Assembly (NCBI GenBank): GCA_944390945.1
Contig: CALXRV010000066.1
Coordinates: 262-64,261 of the forward strand
From: an uncultured Clostridia bacterium
GTDB lineage: Bacteria; Bacillota; Dehalobacteriia; UBA4068
Reading direction: 5' to 3'
DNA length: 64,000 nucleotides
The position numbers and the translations under genes are program-made. The notes under the pieces are model-generated. The model saw nothing but the letters and a program-made list of their open reading frames with translations, was not told the DNA's origin and did not search any database. Shown piece after piece: positions 17,195-28,597 of the stretch (positions within the stretch are counted from its first letter, which is position 1; each line of letters opens with the position of its first letter).

Positions 17195-20026
17195 ATGACG
17201 TTGGAAAATATTATTGTACATGGTGCCAGACAGCACAATCTGAAGAATATTGATGTGACGATCCCGCGGGACAAGCTTGTCGTGCTGACCGGTCTTTCCG
17301 GCAGTGGTAAAAGTTCGCTCGCTTTTGATACGATTTATGCCGAGGGGCAGCGGCGCTATGTGGAGTCGCTATCCTCTTATGCCCGGCAGTTTCTGGGACA
17401 GATGAGCAAGCCGGATGTCGATCAGATCGATGGTCTTTCTCCGGCGATCTCGATCGACCAGAAATCGACAAGCCGAAATCCGCGTTCTACTGTGGGTACG
17501 GTAACGGAGATCCACGATTACCTGCGTCTGCTCTATGCCAGAGTGGGACATCCGCATTGCCCAAAATGCGGCAGGCCGATTAGTCAGCAGAGCGTTGATC
17601 AGATGATTGACGCCATTTATGCCCGTCCGGAGGGTAGCCGCTTACATTTGATGGCACCCCTGGCGCGTGGCCGCAAGGGGGAATATCAGAAGCTATTTGC
17701 TGACTGCAAGGCCAAGGGATATCTGCGGGTACGCGTGGACGGCGAAATTCGTGAGCTTTCGGAAGAGATTAAGCTGAAGAAAAATATCAAGCATACGATC
17801 GAACTGGTCGTCGACCGTGCTGTGCTGCGTGAGAACAATCGTAAACGCCTGGCAGATTCGCTGGAGCTCTGTCTTTCGTTGGGCGGCGGCCTGGCACAGG
17901 TCGCGGTAGAGTTTCCGGATGGCGGCGGGGAAGAGCTGTTGTTTTCTCAGAATCTTGCCTGTCCGGATTGTGGGATCAGCATTGAGGAACTCTCGCCGCG
18001 TATGTTCAGCTTCAATAACCCGATGGGCGCTTGCCCGGCTTGTAGCGGTTTGGGTTTTTCGCAGTATATTGATGAGAAGCTGATGATCAACGATGAGAAT
18101 ATGACATTGCGGCAAGGCGGCTTGTTGCCGGTGAGCGATAATCAGCAGGGCTGGTATTTTCGCCATATCGAAGCAATTGCCAAAGCGCACCATTTTTCAC
18201 TTGATGTGCCGATCAAAGATTTGCCGCGGCAGGTGCTGGATGAGATCTTTTACGGCTGCGGAGACGAGACGTTTCCCATCACCTATATGGAGCCGGACGG
18301 CAGCCGTGTGCGCACCTGGATGCATCACTGGGAAGGCCTGGTGGGAAACTTTGAACGCCGCTACCGGGAAACGAATTCGGAGGCGATGCGTGAAGAATTT
18401 GAACGCTATATGACGGTAAAGCCTTGTGACGTCTGCCATGGCGCCCGTCTAAAGCCGGAGAGTTTGGCGGTTACGGTTGGCGGGTTGAATATCCATCAGC
18501 TAAGCATGCTGACCATCCGGCAGGCGCTGCAGTTTGTGGAAGGGCTGGAATTGACAGAACGCGAGCGCATGATTGCTGAACGTATCCTGAAGGAGATCCG
18601 CGAGCGTCTGCAGTTCCTGGTTAACGTAGGGTTGGATTATTTAACGCTTGCACGCGGTGCCGCTTCGCTTTCCGGTGGGGAAGCTCAGCGCATTCGCCTG
18701 GCAACGCAGATCGGCTCGCATCTGATGGGAGTACTTTATATTCTGGATGAACCGAGTATCGGTTTGCATCAGCGCGATAATACGCGGCTGATCGAAGCGC
18801 TGCAGCATCTGCGTGATCTGGGAAATACCGTGCTGGTCGTGGAGCATGATGAAGAAATGATGTTGGCTGCGGATTATCTGCTCGATATCGGGCCAGGTGC
18901 GGGAGAACATGGCGGCCATATCGTAGCGGCCGGCACACCGGCTGAAGTGATGGCAAACCCCGCGTCGATCACTGGACGCTACCTCAGCGGCGCGGCGCGC
19001 ATCGAAGTCCCGGCAACCCGACGGCAGGGAAACGGCAAAAAACTGACGATACAGGGGGCGGCAGCCAATAATCTGCGCCATATCGATGTAGATTTCCCGT
19101 TGGGCCTTTTCATTTGCGTAACCGGTGTTTCCGGCAGCGGGAAGAGCTCTCTGATCAGCGAGATTCTTTATAAGGCCTGCGCGCGGCGCCTTAACCGGGC
19201 GCATACCGTACCAGGTGCGCATGATGATATACTGGGGCTGGAAAACCTGGAAAAGGTGGTTATGATTGATCAATCACCGATCGGGCGCACCCCACGATCC
19301 AATCCGGCGACGTATACCGGCGTATTTGATCTGATTCGCGAGCTGTTTGCGATGACGCCGGATGCCAAGGCACGAGGTTATCGGCCTGGACGGTTCAGTT
19401 TTAATGTCAAAGGCGGACGCTGCGAATCCTGTCAGGGCGACGGCACAACCAAGATTGAGATGCATTTTCTGCCGGATATCTATGTTCCCTGCGAAGTCTG
19501 CCACGGCAAACGTTATAATCGCGAAACACTGGAGATCCGCTATCGGGATAAGAATATTGCGGATGTGCTCGATATGACGGTGGATGAGGCGTTGCAGTTC
19601 TTTGCCAATATCCCAAAGATTAAGCGTAAGCTGGAGACGCTGCAGGATGTTGGTTTGGGTTATATTCGGCTGGGGCAGAGTGCGACAACGCTTTCCGGCG
19701 GCGAGGCGCAGCGGGTGAAGCTAGCGACCGAGCTTTCCCGCCGTTCGAACGGCCGCACGCTCTATATTCTGGATGAACCGACAACAGGCCTGCATACGGA
19801 TGATATTGGACGGCTGCTCGATGTTTTGCAGCGCCTGGTCACTGCCGGCGATACGGTAGTTGTGGTCGAGCATAATCTGCATGTGATCAAGACGGCAGAT
19901 TATGTGATCGATCTTGGCCCAGAGGGTGGCGATGGCGGCGGTACGGTGGTTGCTCATGGCACGCCGGAAGAGGTGGCGGCATGTGCACAGAGCTTTACCG
20001 GCCAATATCTGCAGACCGTGCTTTGA
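17195..20026 (+). CDS. uvrA: Excinuclease ABC subunit A
   Basis: Starts [19 protein letters not shown]. Two ABC modules ([33 protein letters not shown] twice) and zinc-finger Cys pairs. Confidence 0.97.
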   Translation: MTLENIIVHGARQHNLKNIDVTIPRDKLVVLTGLSGSGKSSLAFDTIYAEGQRRYVESLSSYARQFLGQMSKPDVDQIDGLSPAISIDQKSTSRNPRSTVGTVTEIHDYLRLLYARVGHPHCPKCGRPISQQSVDQMIDAIYARPEGSRLHLMAPLARGRKGEYQKLFADCKAKGYLRVRVDGEIRELSEEIKLKKNIKHTIELVVDRAVLRENNRKRLADSLELCLSLGGGLAQVAVEFPDGGGEELLFSQNLACPDCGISIEELSPRMFSFNNPMGACPACSGLGFSQYIDEKLMINDENMTLRQGGLLPVSDNQQGWYFRHIEAIAKAHHFSLDVPIKDLPRQVLDEIFYGCGDETFPITYMEPDGSRVRTWMHHWEGLVGNFERRYRETNSEAMREEFERYMTVKPCDVCHGARLKPESLAVTVGGLNIHQLSMLTIRQALQFVEGLELTERERMIAERILKEIRERLQFLVNVGLDYLTLARGAASLSGGEAQRIRLATQIGSHLMGVLYILDEPSIGLHQRDNTRLIEALQHLRDLGNTVLVVEHDEEMMLAADYLLDIGPGAGEHGGHIVAAGTPAEVMANPASITGRYLSGAARIEVPATRRQGNGKKLTIQGAAANNLRHIDVDFPLGLFICVTGVSGSGKSSLISEILYKACARRLNRAHTVPGAHDDILGLENLEKVVMIDQSPIGRTPRSNPATYTGVFDLIRELFAMTPDAKARGYRPGRFSFNVKGGRCESCQGDGTTKIEMHFLPDIYVPCEVCHGKRYNRETLEIRYRDKNIADVLDMTVDEALQFFANIPKIKRKLETLQDVGLGYIRLGQSATTLSGGEAQRVKLATELSRRSNGRTLYILDEPTTGLHTDDIGRLLDVLQRLVTAGDTVVVVEHNLHVIKTADYVIDLGPEGGDGGGTVVAHGTPEEVAACAQSFTGQYLQTVL

Positions 20027-20165
20027 TTTAGTTTTGCATGGTCGCTGTGCTGCCGGGTCTTGGAGGCAGCTGATCTGCGCATGATTTTGTAAAATGGTTG
20101 TGGCTGCAAAGGGGATACCAGCTCTGTTCAGCTATTGCAGTGCGAGACTTGGAACGGGTAAGATA

Positions 20166-22049
20166 ATGAATGAGATATTGCAGGAAAAACTGAAAAAGTT
20201 ACCGTCATTGCCTGGTTGCTATCTGATGAAGGACAGCCAGGGCAAGATTATTTATGTAGGCAAGGCAATTAGCCTGCGTAACCGTGTCCGGTCCTATTTT
20301 CATGGTTCTCATGACCAAAAGACAGAGCTGTTGGTTGAGAATATCGCAGATTTTGAGACCGTGGTTGTCCAAAACGAGCAGGAAGCGCTGATTTTAGAGG
20401 CTAACCTGATCAAACAGCATTCGCCGCATTATAATATATTAATGCGGGATGATAAACATTATCCTTATCTGCGCTTGACTTTGGACGAGGATTTCCCGCG
20501 CCTTATGATCGCGCGGCGGGCAAAACCGGATGGCAGTAAATATTTCGGTCCATATCCCAATGCAGGTGCCATGCATCGCGCTGTTGAAGTGATTCGCGGA
20601 ATTTTTCCTTTGCGGACATGCAACGGACGTACTTTTCGAAAAAATCAGCGCGCCTGCCTGAATGCACATATTGGCCGCTGTAAAGCGCCTTGCGAGAACA
20701 AGATCAGCAAAAAGGAATATGCGGAAATGGTCGAAGGTGTCTCGCTTTTCCTGCAGGGGAAAACGAAATCGTTGATTCGCCGTGAGCAGGAGTTGATGGA
20801 AGCTTCGGCAGAGGCGCTGCGTTTCGAAGATGCGGCGCGGCATCGTGATGCGCTGCTTGCTTTACAACAGGTGCAAGAGCGTCAACAGATCGACCAGGGA
20901 ACAGGGAAGGGAGATTATGATCTGCTGGCAGTAGCCGCTGCGGAGGACCAGGCCGTTGTCCAGGTGTTTTTTGTGCGGGATGGACAGGTGGTCGGCCGTG
21001 AGCATTTTTTTCTGACCAATGCAGAACCCGGAATGGAAGCGTTGCTGTTGCGCCGGTTCGTACAGGAGTATTATGGCGGCGGTCAGTTTCTGCCGGCAGC
21101 GCTTTATTGCGATCGCGAGCCGGAGGATTCTGCGCTTCTGGCTGGTATGTTGGCTGCGCAATGTGGTCATAAGGTCGAAATCACGGTTCCGCAACGGGGC
21201 GACAAACGACGCTTGCTGGGGCTGGTTTCTAAAAATGCCGAAATGGCCCTGCATAATTATCTGGATTCCCGTCAGCGGCGTGAGGAGCGCGGCGCGGAGG
21301 CGCTGGATGAGCTGCGACGTTTGCTGGAACTCCCTGCTGCGCCAGCTCGTATCGAATGTTATGATATTAGTCATGTGCAAGGTTCGCATATGGTTGGCTC
21401 AATGGTTGTGTTCAAAAACGGTGTACCCGCGCCGAAGCTGTACCGGCGTTTTAAGATCAAAACGTTGGATGGCAGCAATGACTTCGCCGCGCTGCAGGAA
21501 GTGCTGGAGCGGCGTTGGCAGCATGGCCTGAAGGAGCGGGCGGCCGGTAAGGTGGATCGTTTTGGCGAGTTCCCGGATCTGCTGGTGATCGATGGCGGCA
21601 AGGGGCAGCTGAATGCAGTCTGCGAGCGGCTGCGAGAGATCGGGGCTGATGCGCCGGCAGTGATTTCTCTCGCCAAACAGGAAGAGGAGATCTTTGTTCC
21701 CGGGCATGCAACTTCAATTTTGTTGCCACGCACCAGCCCAGCACTACAGCTATTGCAACAGTTGCGCGATGAAGCGCATCGCTTTGCGATCACATTTCAT
21801 CGCGAGCTGCGCGGTAAAGCACAGACGCATTCATTGCTGGATGATGTGCCGGATATCGGGCCGACCAGGAGAAAAAGCCTGATCAGCTGCTTTGGCTCAT
21901 TAAAAAACATTCGCGCAGCCTCCCTGGAAGAGCTGGCGGCGGCACCGAAGATGTCGCGGCGGGCGGCCTGTGCGCTGTATGCATTTTTACATCCGGAAAC
22001 AGACGGGGAGGCAGGGAAAGAAGCGCAGGAACGCGAATCAAACGAATAA
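20166..22049 (+). CDS. uvrC: Excinuclease ABC subunit C
   Basis: GIY-YIG N-terminus (PGCYLMKDSQGKIIYVGKA), UVR domain (RFEDAARHRD) and C-terminal HhH. Confidence 0.95.
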   Translation: MNEILQEKLKKLPSLPGCYLMKDSQGKIIYVGKAISLRNRVRSYFHGSHDQKTELLVENIADFETVVVQNEQEALILEANLIKQHSPHYNILMRDDKHYPYLRLTLDEDFPRLMIARRAKPDGSKYFGPYPNAGAMHRAVEVIRGIFPLRTCNGRTFRKNQRACLNAHIGRCKAPCENKISKKEYAEMVEGVSLFLQGKTKSLIRREQELMEASAEALRFEDAARHRDALLALQQVQERQQIDQGTGKGDYDLLAVAAAEDQAVVQVFFVRDGQVVGREHFFLTNAEPGMEALLLRRFVQEYYGGGQFLPAALYCDREPEDSALLAGMLAAQCGHKVEITVPQRGDKRRLLGLVSKNAEMALHNYLDSRQRREERGAEALDELRRLLELPAAPARIECYDISHVQGSHMVGSMVVFKNGVPAPKLYRRFKIKTLDGSNDFAALQEVLERRWQHGLKERAAGKVDRFGEFPDLLVIDGGKGQLNAVCERLREIGADAPAVISLAKQEEEIFVPGHATSILLPRTSPALQLLQQLRDEAHRFAITFHRELRGKAQTHSLLDDVPDIGPTRRKSLISCFGSLKNIRAASLEELAAAPKMSRRAACALYAFLHPETDGEAGKEAQERESNE

Positions 22050-22071
22050 ATGAAGAAGTGGGGAGGGGCTT

Positions 22072-22998
22072 ATGGAAGAGAATATCCGTATATCCGGCGC
22101 GGCGACGGATAATGCAGCGGCGCGTATCCTGGTGATCACCGGCATGAGTGGTGCGGGTAAATCACGGGCTGCAATGGCTCTGGAGGATATGGGTTACTTT
22201 TGTGTTGATAATTTGCCTGCTTCCCTGTTTGGAAAATTTATCGAAGCCATGCGTTTGAGTGGTGGTGCCGCCAGGATGGCGATCGTTGCTGATATTCGCG
22301 GGGGAGCGCGCGCAATGCCAGAACTGGAGGCAACGCTGTCTCAGCTCAGACATGATGGTATTGATTTTCAGATTATTTTTATGGAAGCTTCGGATGCAAT
22401 CCTTGTCCGGCGTTATAAGGAAAACCGCCGGCCGCACCCTTTGGCGCAGGAGTATCAGGACGGGATAACCGCCTGCATCCGCGAGGAGCGTCGCCTGTTG
22501 GCCGGGCTGCGCGCGCAGGCAGATGTGATCATTGACACTACGGAAACGGGAGATCGAAAGCTGATTGAACAGCTGGACGAACTGTTTGGCAGCGCTTCAG
22601 CCACCAGCAGCGGCATTACGATTTCCATTACTAGTTTTGGCTTCAAATATGGACTGCCGATCGACGCGGATGTGGTGATGGATGTGCGTTTTACGCCGAA
22701 TCCATTTTATATTCCGGAACTGAAGGAGAAAAATGGCCTGGATAAGGCTGTTGCGGATTATGTGTTGAACAATGAGGTGACGCGGGAGTTTTTGCGCCGT
22801 TACCTGCATTTGCTGCGCTATCTGCTGCCATATTACCGGCAGGAGGGCAAACGGCATATTATGCTGGCGATTGGTTGTACCGGGGGCTGTCATCGTTCGG
22901 TGGCGATTGCCACCGAGATCGCCAAGCGGATCCGACGCAATGGCTATGCGGTGACGGTTCATCATCGGGATATCGACCGTAGCCGCAGGAAGGGTTGA
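22072..22998 (+). CDS. rapZ: RNase adapter protein RapZ (YvcJ)
   Basis: P-loop GMSGAGKS. Also DVRFTPNPFY and CTGGCHRSV motifs. Confidence 0.92.
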   Translation: MEENIRISGAATDNAAARILVITGMSGAGKSRAAMALEDMGYFCVDNLPASLFGKFIEAMRLSGGAARMAIVADIRGGARAMPELEATLSQLRHDGIDFQIIFMEASDAILVRRYKENRRPHPLAQEYQDGITACIREERRLLAGLRAQADVIIDTTETGDRKLIEQLDELFGSASATSSGITISITSFGFKYGLPIDADVVMDVRFTPNPFYIPELKEKNGLDKAVADYVLNNEVTREFLRRYLHLLRYLLPYYRQEGKRHIMLAIGCTGGCHRSVAIATEIAKRIRRNGYAVTVHHRDIDRSRRKG

Positions 22999-23002
22999 CC
23001 TT

Positions 23003-23980
23003 ATGTCCTTCACGACCCAGGTAAAAGAAGACCTTACCCGCATCAGCAGCAGCAGGACATGCTGCCGCCGCGCGGAATTTGTAGCTTTTTTCCTGATCAA
23101 TGGTATGATTCGCATCTCTGGCGGGGTTTCGCTTGTGATGCAGACGGAGAATTCCGGCGTGGCACGCAGGATGTTTACGCTGGCAAAGGATTTTTCTCTT
23201 GACCGTGAAGTTTCGGTGTACCGACGTTCCCGGTTAAAGAAGAACCAGGTTTATCGCCTGGTGATCCCACCGCAGGCCGGTATATCCCGCTTTCTGGAAG
23301 AGCTGGGCATGCTGGATGCCGGCGACCGCTGGCGGTTTGGTTTTACGGATCAAATACGCGGACATTTTTTGCAGGAACCCTGTTGCTGCCGCGCTTTTTT
23401 GCGTGGCGCTTTCTTGGCAGCAGGCTCCGTTGCGGCGCCGGATGCAGGTTCCTATCATCTGGAATTCAATGGTATCGACCGCGAACAGGCGGATCTGTTG
23501 CTTTCCTTGTTAGCAGAGCAGGGGATTCCTGGTAAGATGTTGCAGCGCCGCGATAATGCAACCGTTTATTTGAAGGGCGCAGAGCATATCAGCGATTTTC
23601 TGAATATCATCGGCAGCCATCGTTCATTGCTGGAATTTGAAAGTGTACGTGTGTTCAAAGAGGTTCGTAATCAGGCAAACCGGCTGCGGAATTGTGATAA
23701 TGCAAATGTCAACAAGACGGTAGCGGCGGCAGCGCGACAGGTGGAAGAGATTTCATATATCCAGCGCGAGCTGGGGATGAAATATTTACCCGCGAAATTG
23801 CGTGCTGTCGCGGAGCTGCGGTTGGAATACCCGGATGCTTCTTTGACCGAATTGGCGGAGCTTTCCTGTTTAGGGCGATCCGCATTAAACCATCGGCTGC
23901 GGCGGCTGGAGCAGATTGCAGATAATATCCGCAGTTACGGCGTATCGGAATGGAATCGTTCGGAAGCGCGAGGTAAATGA
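23003..23980 (+). CDS. whiA: DNA-binding sporulation/cell-division regulator WhiA
   Basis: MSFTTQVKEDL..CCRRAEF N-terminus, LAGLIDADG-like core and C-terminal HTH (LNHRLRRLEQIA). 4-nt gap after rapZ. Confidence 0.92.
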   Translation: MSFTTQVKEDLTRISSSRTCCRRAEFVAFFLINGMIRISGGVSLVMQTENSGVARRMFTLAKDFSLDREVSVYRRSRLKKNQVYRLVIPPQAGISRFLEELGMLDAGDRWRFGFTDQIRGHFLQEPCCCRAFLRGAFLAAGSVAAPDAGSYHLEFNGIDREQADLLLSLLAEQGIPGKMLQRRDNATVYLKGAEHISDFLNIIGSHRSLLEFESVRVFKEVRNQANRLRNCDNANVNKTVAAAARQVEEISYIQRELGMKYLPAKLRAVAELRLEYPDASLTELAELSCLGRSALNHRLRRLEQIADNIRSYGVSEWNRSEARGK

Positions 23981-23981
23981 G

Positions 23982-25367
23982 ATGTCTGATCTGACACCGA
24001 GCTTTTTGCATCTTCGTCAAGAACAACGGCAGATCATTTCTGCGGCGCAACTGCAGTCGTTGACCTTATTGACGATGGCGGCTCAGGAGCTTTCTGATTT
24101 CTTGCAGCAGCAGCTGCTGGAGAATCCCGTATTGGAGCAGGATGAGCAAGCGGATAATGATAATGTGCCGATTGATGACTTGCCGCTGCCAGACGGTGCG
24201 GAGGACTGGCGGGAACCGGGGGCGCTTTCCCCGGCGCGCGCAGAAGTATATGCAGAAGATCGTAATGCTGCTTTTGCGCAAGAAGATGAAGATCTGCCCC
24301 GTATGCTTTTGCTGCAATTGGAGCTGCGACGGCGACATGATGCAGAGGAGAGCGCAGCCCTGCGGGCAATCATTTATTCTCTGGATGAGAATGCTTATTT
24401 AAGGGTATCTTTGGAAGATCTTGCTGCACGATTTGGCATTGCTTTACCTCTATTGGAAAAGGCATTGGCAGAGGTGCAGACTTTAGAGCCGGCGGGTATT
24501 GGCGCGCGGGATTTGGCAGAATGCCTACGGCTGCAGATTCCGGCAATGCACCCGGAGCGGCAGTTGTTGCAAGCGATGATAGATGGCTATCTACCGGCTT
24601 TAGCTGCTGGACGAGTGAAGGAAGCCGCACATGGTCTGGGGATTAGTGAGAAAAAGGCAGTACAACTGTTTGAGTATATCCGGCAATTGGATCCTCGTCC
24701 GGGAGCTGCTGTTTTTCCGGTTGAAAGACCACAATATATTATACCGGATATTTATGTGCGGAAGCTGGATGGTGTTTACCGTGTGTTTTTGAACGAAGCA
24801 CATCAACCACGCTTGCGAATCAATGAATATTATCGTGACCTGCTGCAGCGACGGGGATTTGCTGATGACGCGGTGACGCGTGTGTATACACGGCAGAAAA
24901 TTGCTGAAGCAGCCATGTTGCTGCGCAATATCCAGAGGCGCAGAGAAACCGTTTTATGCATTGCCGAGTTAATCGTCGCACATCAGACACCCTTTTTTGA
25001 AGAGGGTTTATCGGCTTTGCGTCCCCTGACGCTGCGTGAGATCGCTGCTGCAGCGGAAATGCATGAGTCTACCGTCTGTCGCGCGATTGGTGGGAAATAC
25101 ATGGATACGCCGCGCGGTGTGTTTTCGATGAAGTTTTTCTTTCCGCGCGCTTATCGCCGTGATGATGGCAGCATGATTGCCAACGCATGCGTGCGCAGCC
25201 GCATTGCCGCATATGTTACGGCGGAAGATAAGAAAAAACCGTTGACGGACCGTGAAATTTGCGATCTGCTGGCTGGTGAGGGATTGCAGGTTGCTCGCCG
25301 GACGGTCGCAAAATACCGAGAGGAGATGGGAATTCCCTGTCGTGCATACCGTCGCCGGCACGGATAA
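23982..25367 (+). CDS. rpoN: RNA polymerase sigma-54 factor
   Basis: Start is 1 nt after the whiA stop. Q/L-rich N-terminus, acidic linker, and RpoN box ARRTVAKYREEMGIP near the C-terminus. Confidence 0.92.
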   Translation: MSDLTPSFLHLRQEQRQIISAAQLQSLTLLTMAAQELSDFLQQQLLENPVLEQDEQADNDNVPIDDLPLPDGAEDWREPGALSPARAEVYAEDRNAAFAQEDEDLPRMLLLQLELRRRHDAEESAALRAIIYSLDENAYLRVSLEDLAARFGIALPLLEKALAEVQTLEPAGIGARDLAECLRLQIPAMHPERQLLQAMIDGYLPALAAGRVKEAAHGLGISEKKAVQLFEYIRQLDPRPGAAVFPVERPQYIIPDIYVRKLDGVYRVFLNEAHQPRLRINEYYRDLLQRRGFADDAVTRVYTRQKIAEAAMLLRNIQRRRETVLCIAELIVAHQTPFFEEGLSALRPLTLREIAAAAEMHESTVCRAIGGKYMDTPRGVFSMKFFFPRAYRRDDGSMIANACVRSRIAAYVTAEDKKKPLTDREICDLLAGEGLQVARRTVAKYREEMGIPCRAYRRRHG

Positions 25368-25504
25368 CGTCCTGGCCTCTACATTTGCCTAAGGCAGATG
25401 CAGGCGGTAAAAGGAAGATGAGCAGCGAGGAAAGGCGGAATTCACGCTTTTTCAGGCAGGGATTTCCATTCCCAGCGCGAAATTATGTTAATGATATTTT
25501 CATA

Positions 25505-25525
25505 CGTTTCCGATTGTCGGAAACG
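25505..25525. promoter_or_regulatory. Perfect 9-3-9 palindrome upstream of gap (operator or 5'-UTR hairpin)
   Basis: CGTTTCCGA-TTG-TCGGAAACG, 37 nt upstream of the gap ATG and just downstream of TATGTTAATGATATTTT (-10-like). Confidence 0.45.
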
Positions 25526-25531
25526 CAATAA

Positions 25532-26562
<1,031 letters not shown>

Positions 26563-26563
<1 letters not shown>

Positions 26564-27747
26564 TGTCCTATTTGGATAAAAAAAGTATTCGCGATATTGA
26601 TTTTACCGGGAAAAAAGCGATCGTGCGCGTGGATTTTAACGTGCCGATGAAGGATGGCAAGATTACCGATGATACGCGCATCCGTGCTGCGTTGCCGACG
26701 ATCCATTACCTGTTGGAACAGCATGCGGCAGTGATCTTGATGTCGCATTTAGGGCGCCCCAAGGGCGAGCCAAAGGCGGAATTTAGCCTGAAACCGGTCG
26801 CTGACCGCCTGGATATTCTGCTCAACCAGTCCGTATTTTTCGCACCAGATTGCGTGGGGGCAGAAGTGGAGAAGATGGCGCTTGAATTGCGGCCCGGGCA
26901 GGTGCTGCTGCTGGAAAACTTGCGCTTCCATGCAGAAGAAGAGAAAAATGCACAGGATTTTGCTGCTGCGCTGGCCGGGCTGGCGGATGTCTATGTCAAT
27001 GACGCTTTTGGCACAGCGCATCGTGCACATGCTTCCACAGCAGGCATCGCAGCCTATTTACCCGCTGTTGCCGGTTTCCTGATTGAAAAAGAGATCAAAA
27101 GTCTGGGGCGTGCGGTAGAGAACCCGGCTCATCCTTATACCGCGATTATCGGCGGCGCTAAAGTGTCGGATAAGATTCTTGTCATTGAGAATCTACTTCA
27201 AAAAGTAGACCGGCTGCTGATCGGCGGCGGTATGGCGAATACGTTTCTTGCGGCGCAGGGCAAGGATATGCAGGCTTCTTTGGTGGAGAAGGATCGCCTC
27301 GCCTGGGCTCAGGAATTGCTGCATTCTCCAGCTGCGGATAAGCTGATGCTGCCGGTGGATGTGATCGCGGCTGAGGCATTTGATGCAGATGCGGCGCATC
27401 AGGCATGCGGCGTGGATGAGATCCCGGCGGGGTGGATGGCGTTGGATATTGGGCCGCAAACACGGCAGCGGTTTGCAGATGCGGTAAGCGATGCAGAGAC
27501 GATCGTTTGGAATGGGCCGCTCGGCGTTTTTGAGATGGACGCTTTTGCCGCAGGCACGCTGGAGATGGCGCATGCGGTGGCGGCAAGCAATGCGTTCTCT
27601 GTTGTCGGTGGCGGTGACAGTGTTTCTGCGGTGCATAAAGCTGGTGTTGCAGAGCAGATTAGCCATATCAGCACAGGCGGCGGAGCATCGCTGGAATTCC
27701 TGGAAGGCAAGATCTTGCCCGGTATTGCGGCGTTAAATGACAGATGA
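26563..27747 (+). CDS. pgk: Phosphoglycerate kinase
   Basis: TAATG overlap with the gap stop. Contains [17 protein letters not shown] and GGGDS. Confidence 0.97.
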
Positions 27748-27770
27748 GGAAAGATTTGGGCTGATGATGT

Positions 27771-27795
27771 GGCAGGAGCCAGACAGGCTCCTGCC
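27771..27795 (+). other. Intra-operon RNA hairpin between pgk and tpiA
   Basis: Perfect 10-bp stem GGCAGGAGCC/GGCTCCTGCC with a 5-nt loop and no U-tract. Confidence 0.5.
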
Positions 27796-27838
27796 CTGCC
27801 TTAATTTGATGTAATGTCTGATAAAGGAGAGATTTACT

Positions 27839-28597
27839 ATGAAAAATCGGCGGAAAGAGATTTATGCCGCCAATTGGAAGATGAACCTGGATTCCGGGGA
27901 TATCCGTGGCTTTATGGAGCGCATCGTACCTTATGCCGGCACGGTGGATGCGGAGGTGATGATTTTCCCGCCTGCCGTCTATCTGTCTTCTGTCGCAGAG
28001 CAGGCAGCCGGCTCGCCGATCGGGGTAGGTGCGCAGAATATGTTTTGGGAACGCAATGGCGCCTATACCGGCGAGATATCTGCACTGATGATCAAGGACT
28101 GCGGAGCCGGCTATGTACTGTGCGGTCACTCGGAACGCCGCCATTTCTTTGGCGAGAGCGCAGAAATGGTGACCCGGAAGGCTGGTGCAGCGCAGGATGA
28201 AGGCTTGATCCCAATGATCTGCGTTGGGGAAACGCTGGAAGAACGCGAACAGGGTGAAACGCTGGAGGTTTTGCATAAGGATATCTATTGCTCGCTTTCC
28301 GACGTAAAACCGGATAAACGCGTGATCATCGCTTATGAGCCGGTGTGGGCGATCGGGACTGGTTTAACTGCCACGCCGGAAGATGCTGAGACGGCGATCG
28401 CCTATATTCGTGATCAGGTGCGCGAGCTTTGGGGCGACCTTGCGGATGCAATTCGCATTCTTTACGGCGGTTCGGTAAAACCCGGCAATATCGCGGAATT
28501 GATGGCTTGCCCGAACATTGACGGCGCATTAGTCGGCGGCGCATCTCTGCATGCGGACAGCTTTATCGATATCATTCAGAACGGTGTAAACAGATGA
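27839..28597 (+). CDS. tpiA: Triose-phosphate isomerase
   Basis: Contains AANWKMN, CGHSERR and AYEPVWAIGTG. Confidence 0.97.
   Translation: MKNRRKEIYAANWKMNLDSGDIRGFMERIVPYAGTVDAEVMIFPPAVYLSSVAEQAAGSPIGVGAQNMFWERNGAYTGEISALMIKDCGAGYVLCGHSERRHFFGESAEMVTRKAGAAQDEGLIPMICVGETLEEREQGETLEVLHKDIYCSLSDVKPDKRVIIAYEPVWAIGTGLTATPEDAETAIAYIRDQVRELWGDLADAIRILYGGSVKPGNIAELMACPNIDGALVGGASLHADSFIDIIQNGVNR

Noticed and set aside
25373-25389. Sigma-54-like TGGCC...TTGCC element right after rpoN and upstream of gap.
   Set aside because: The GG-to-GC distance is 13 nt rather than the canonical 12, and the -24 element is imperfect. No enhancer-binding protein gene is nearby.
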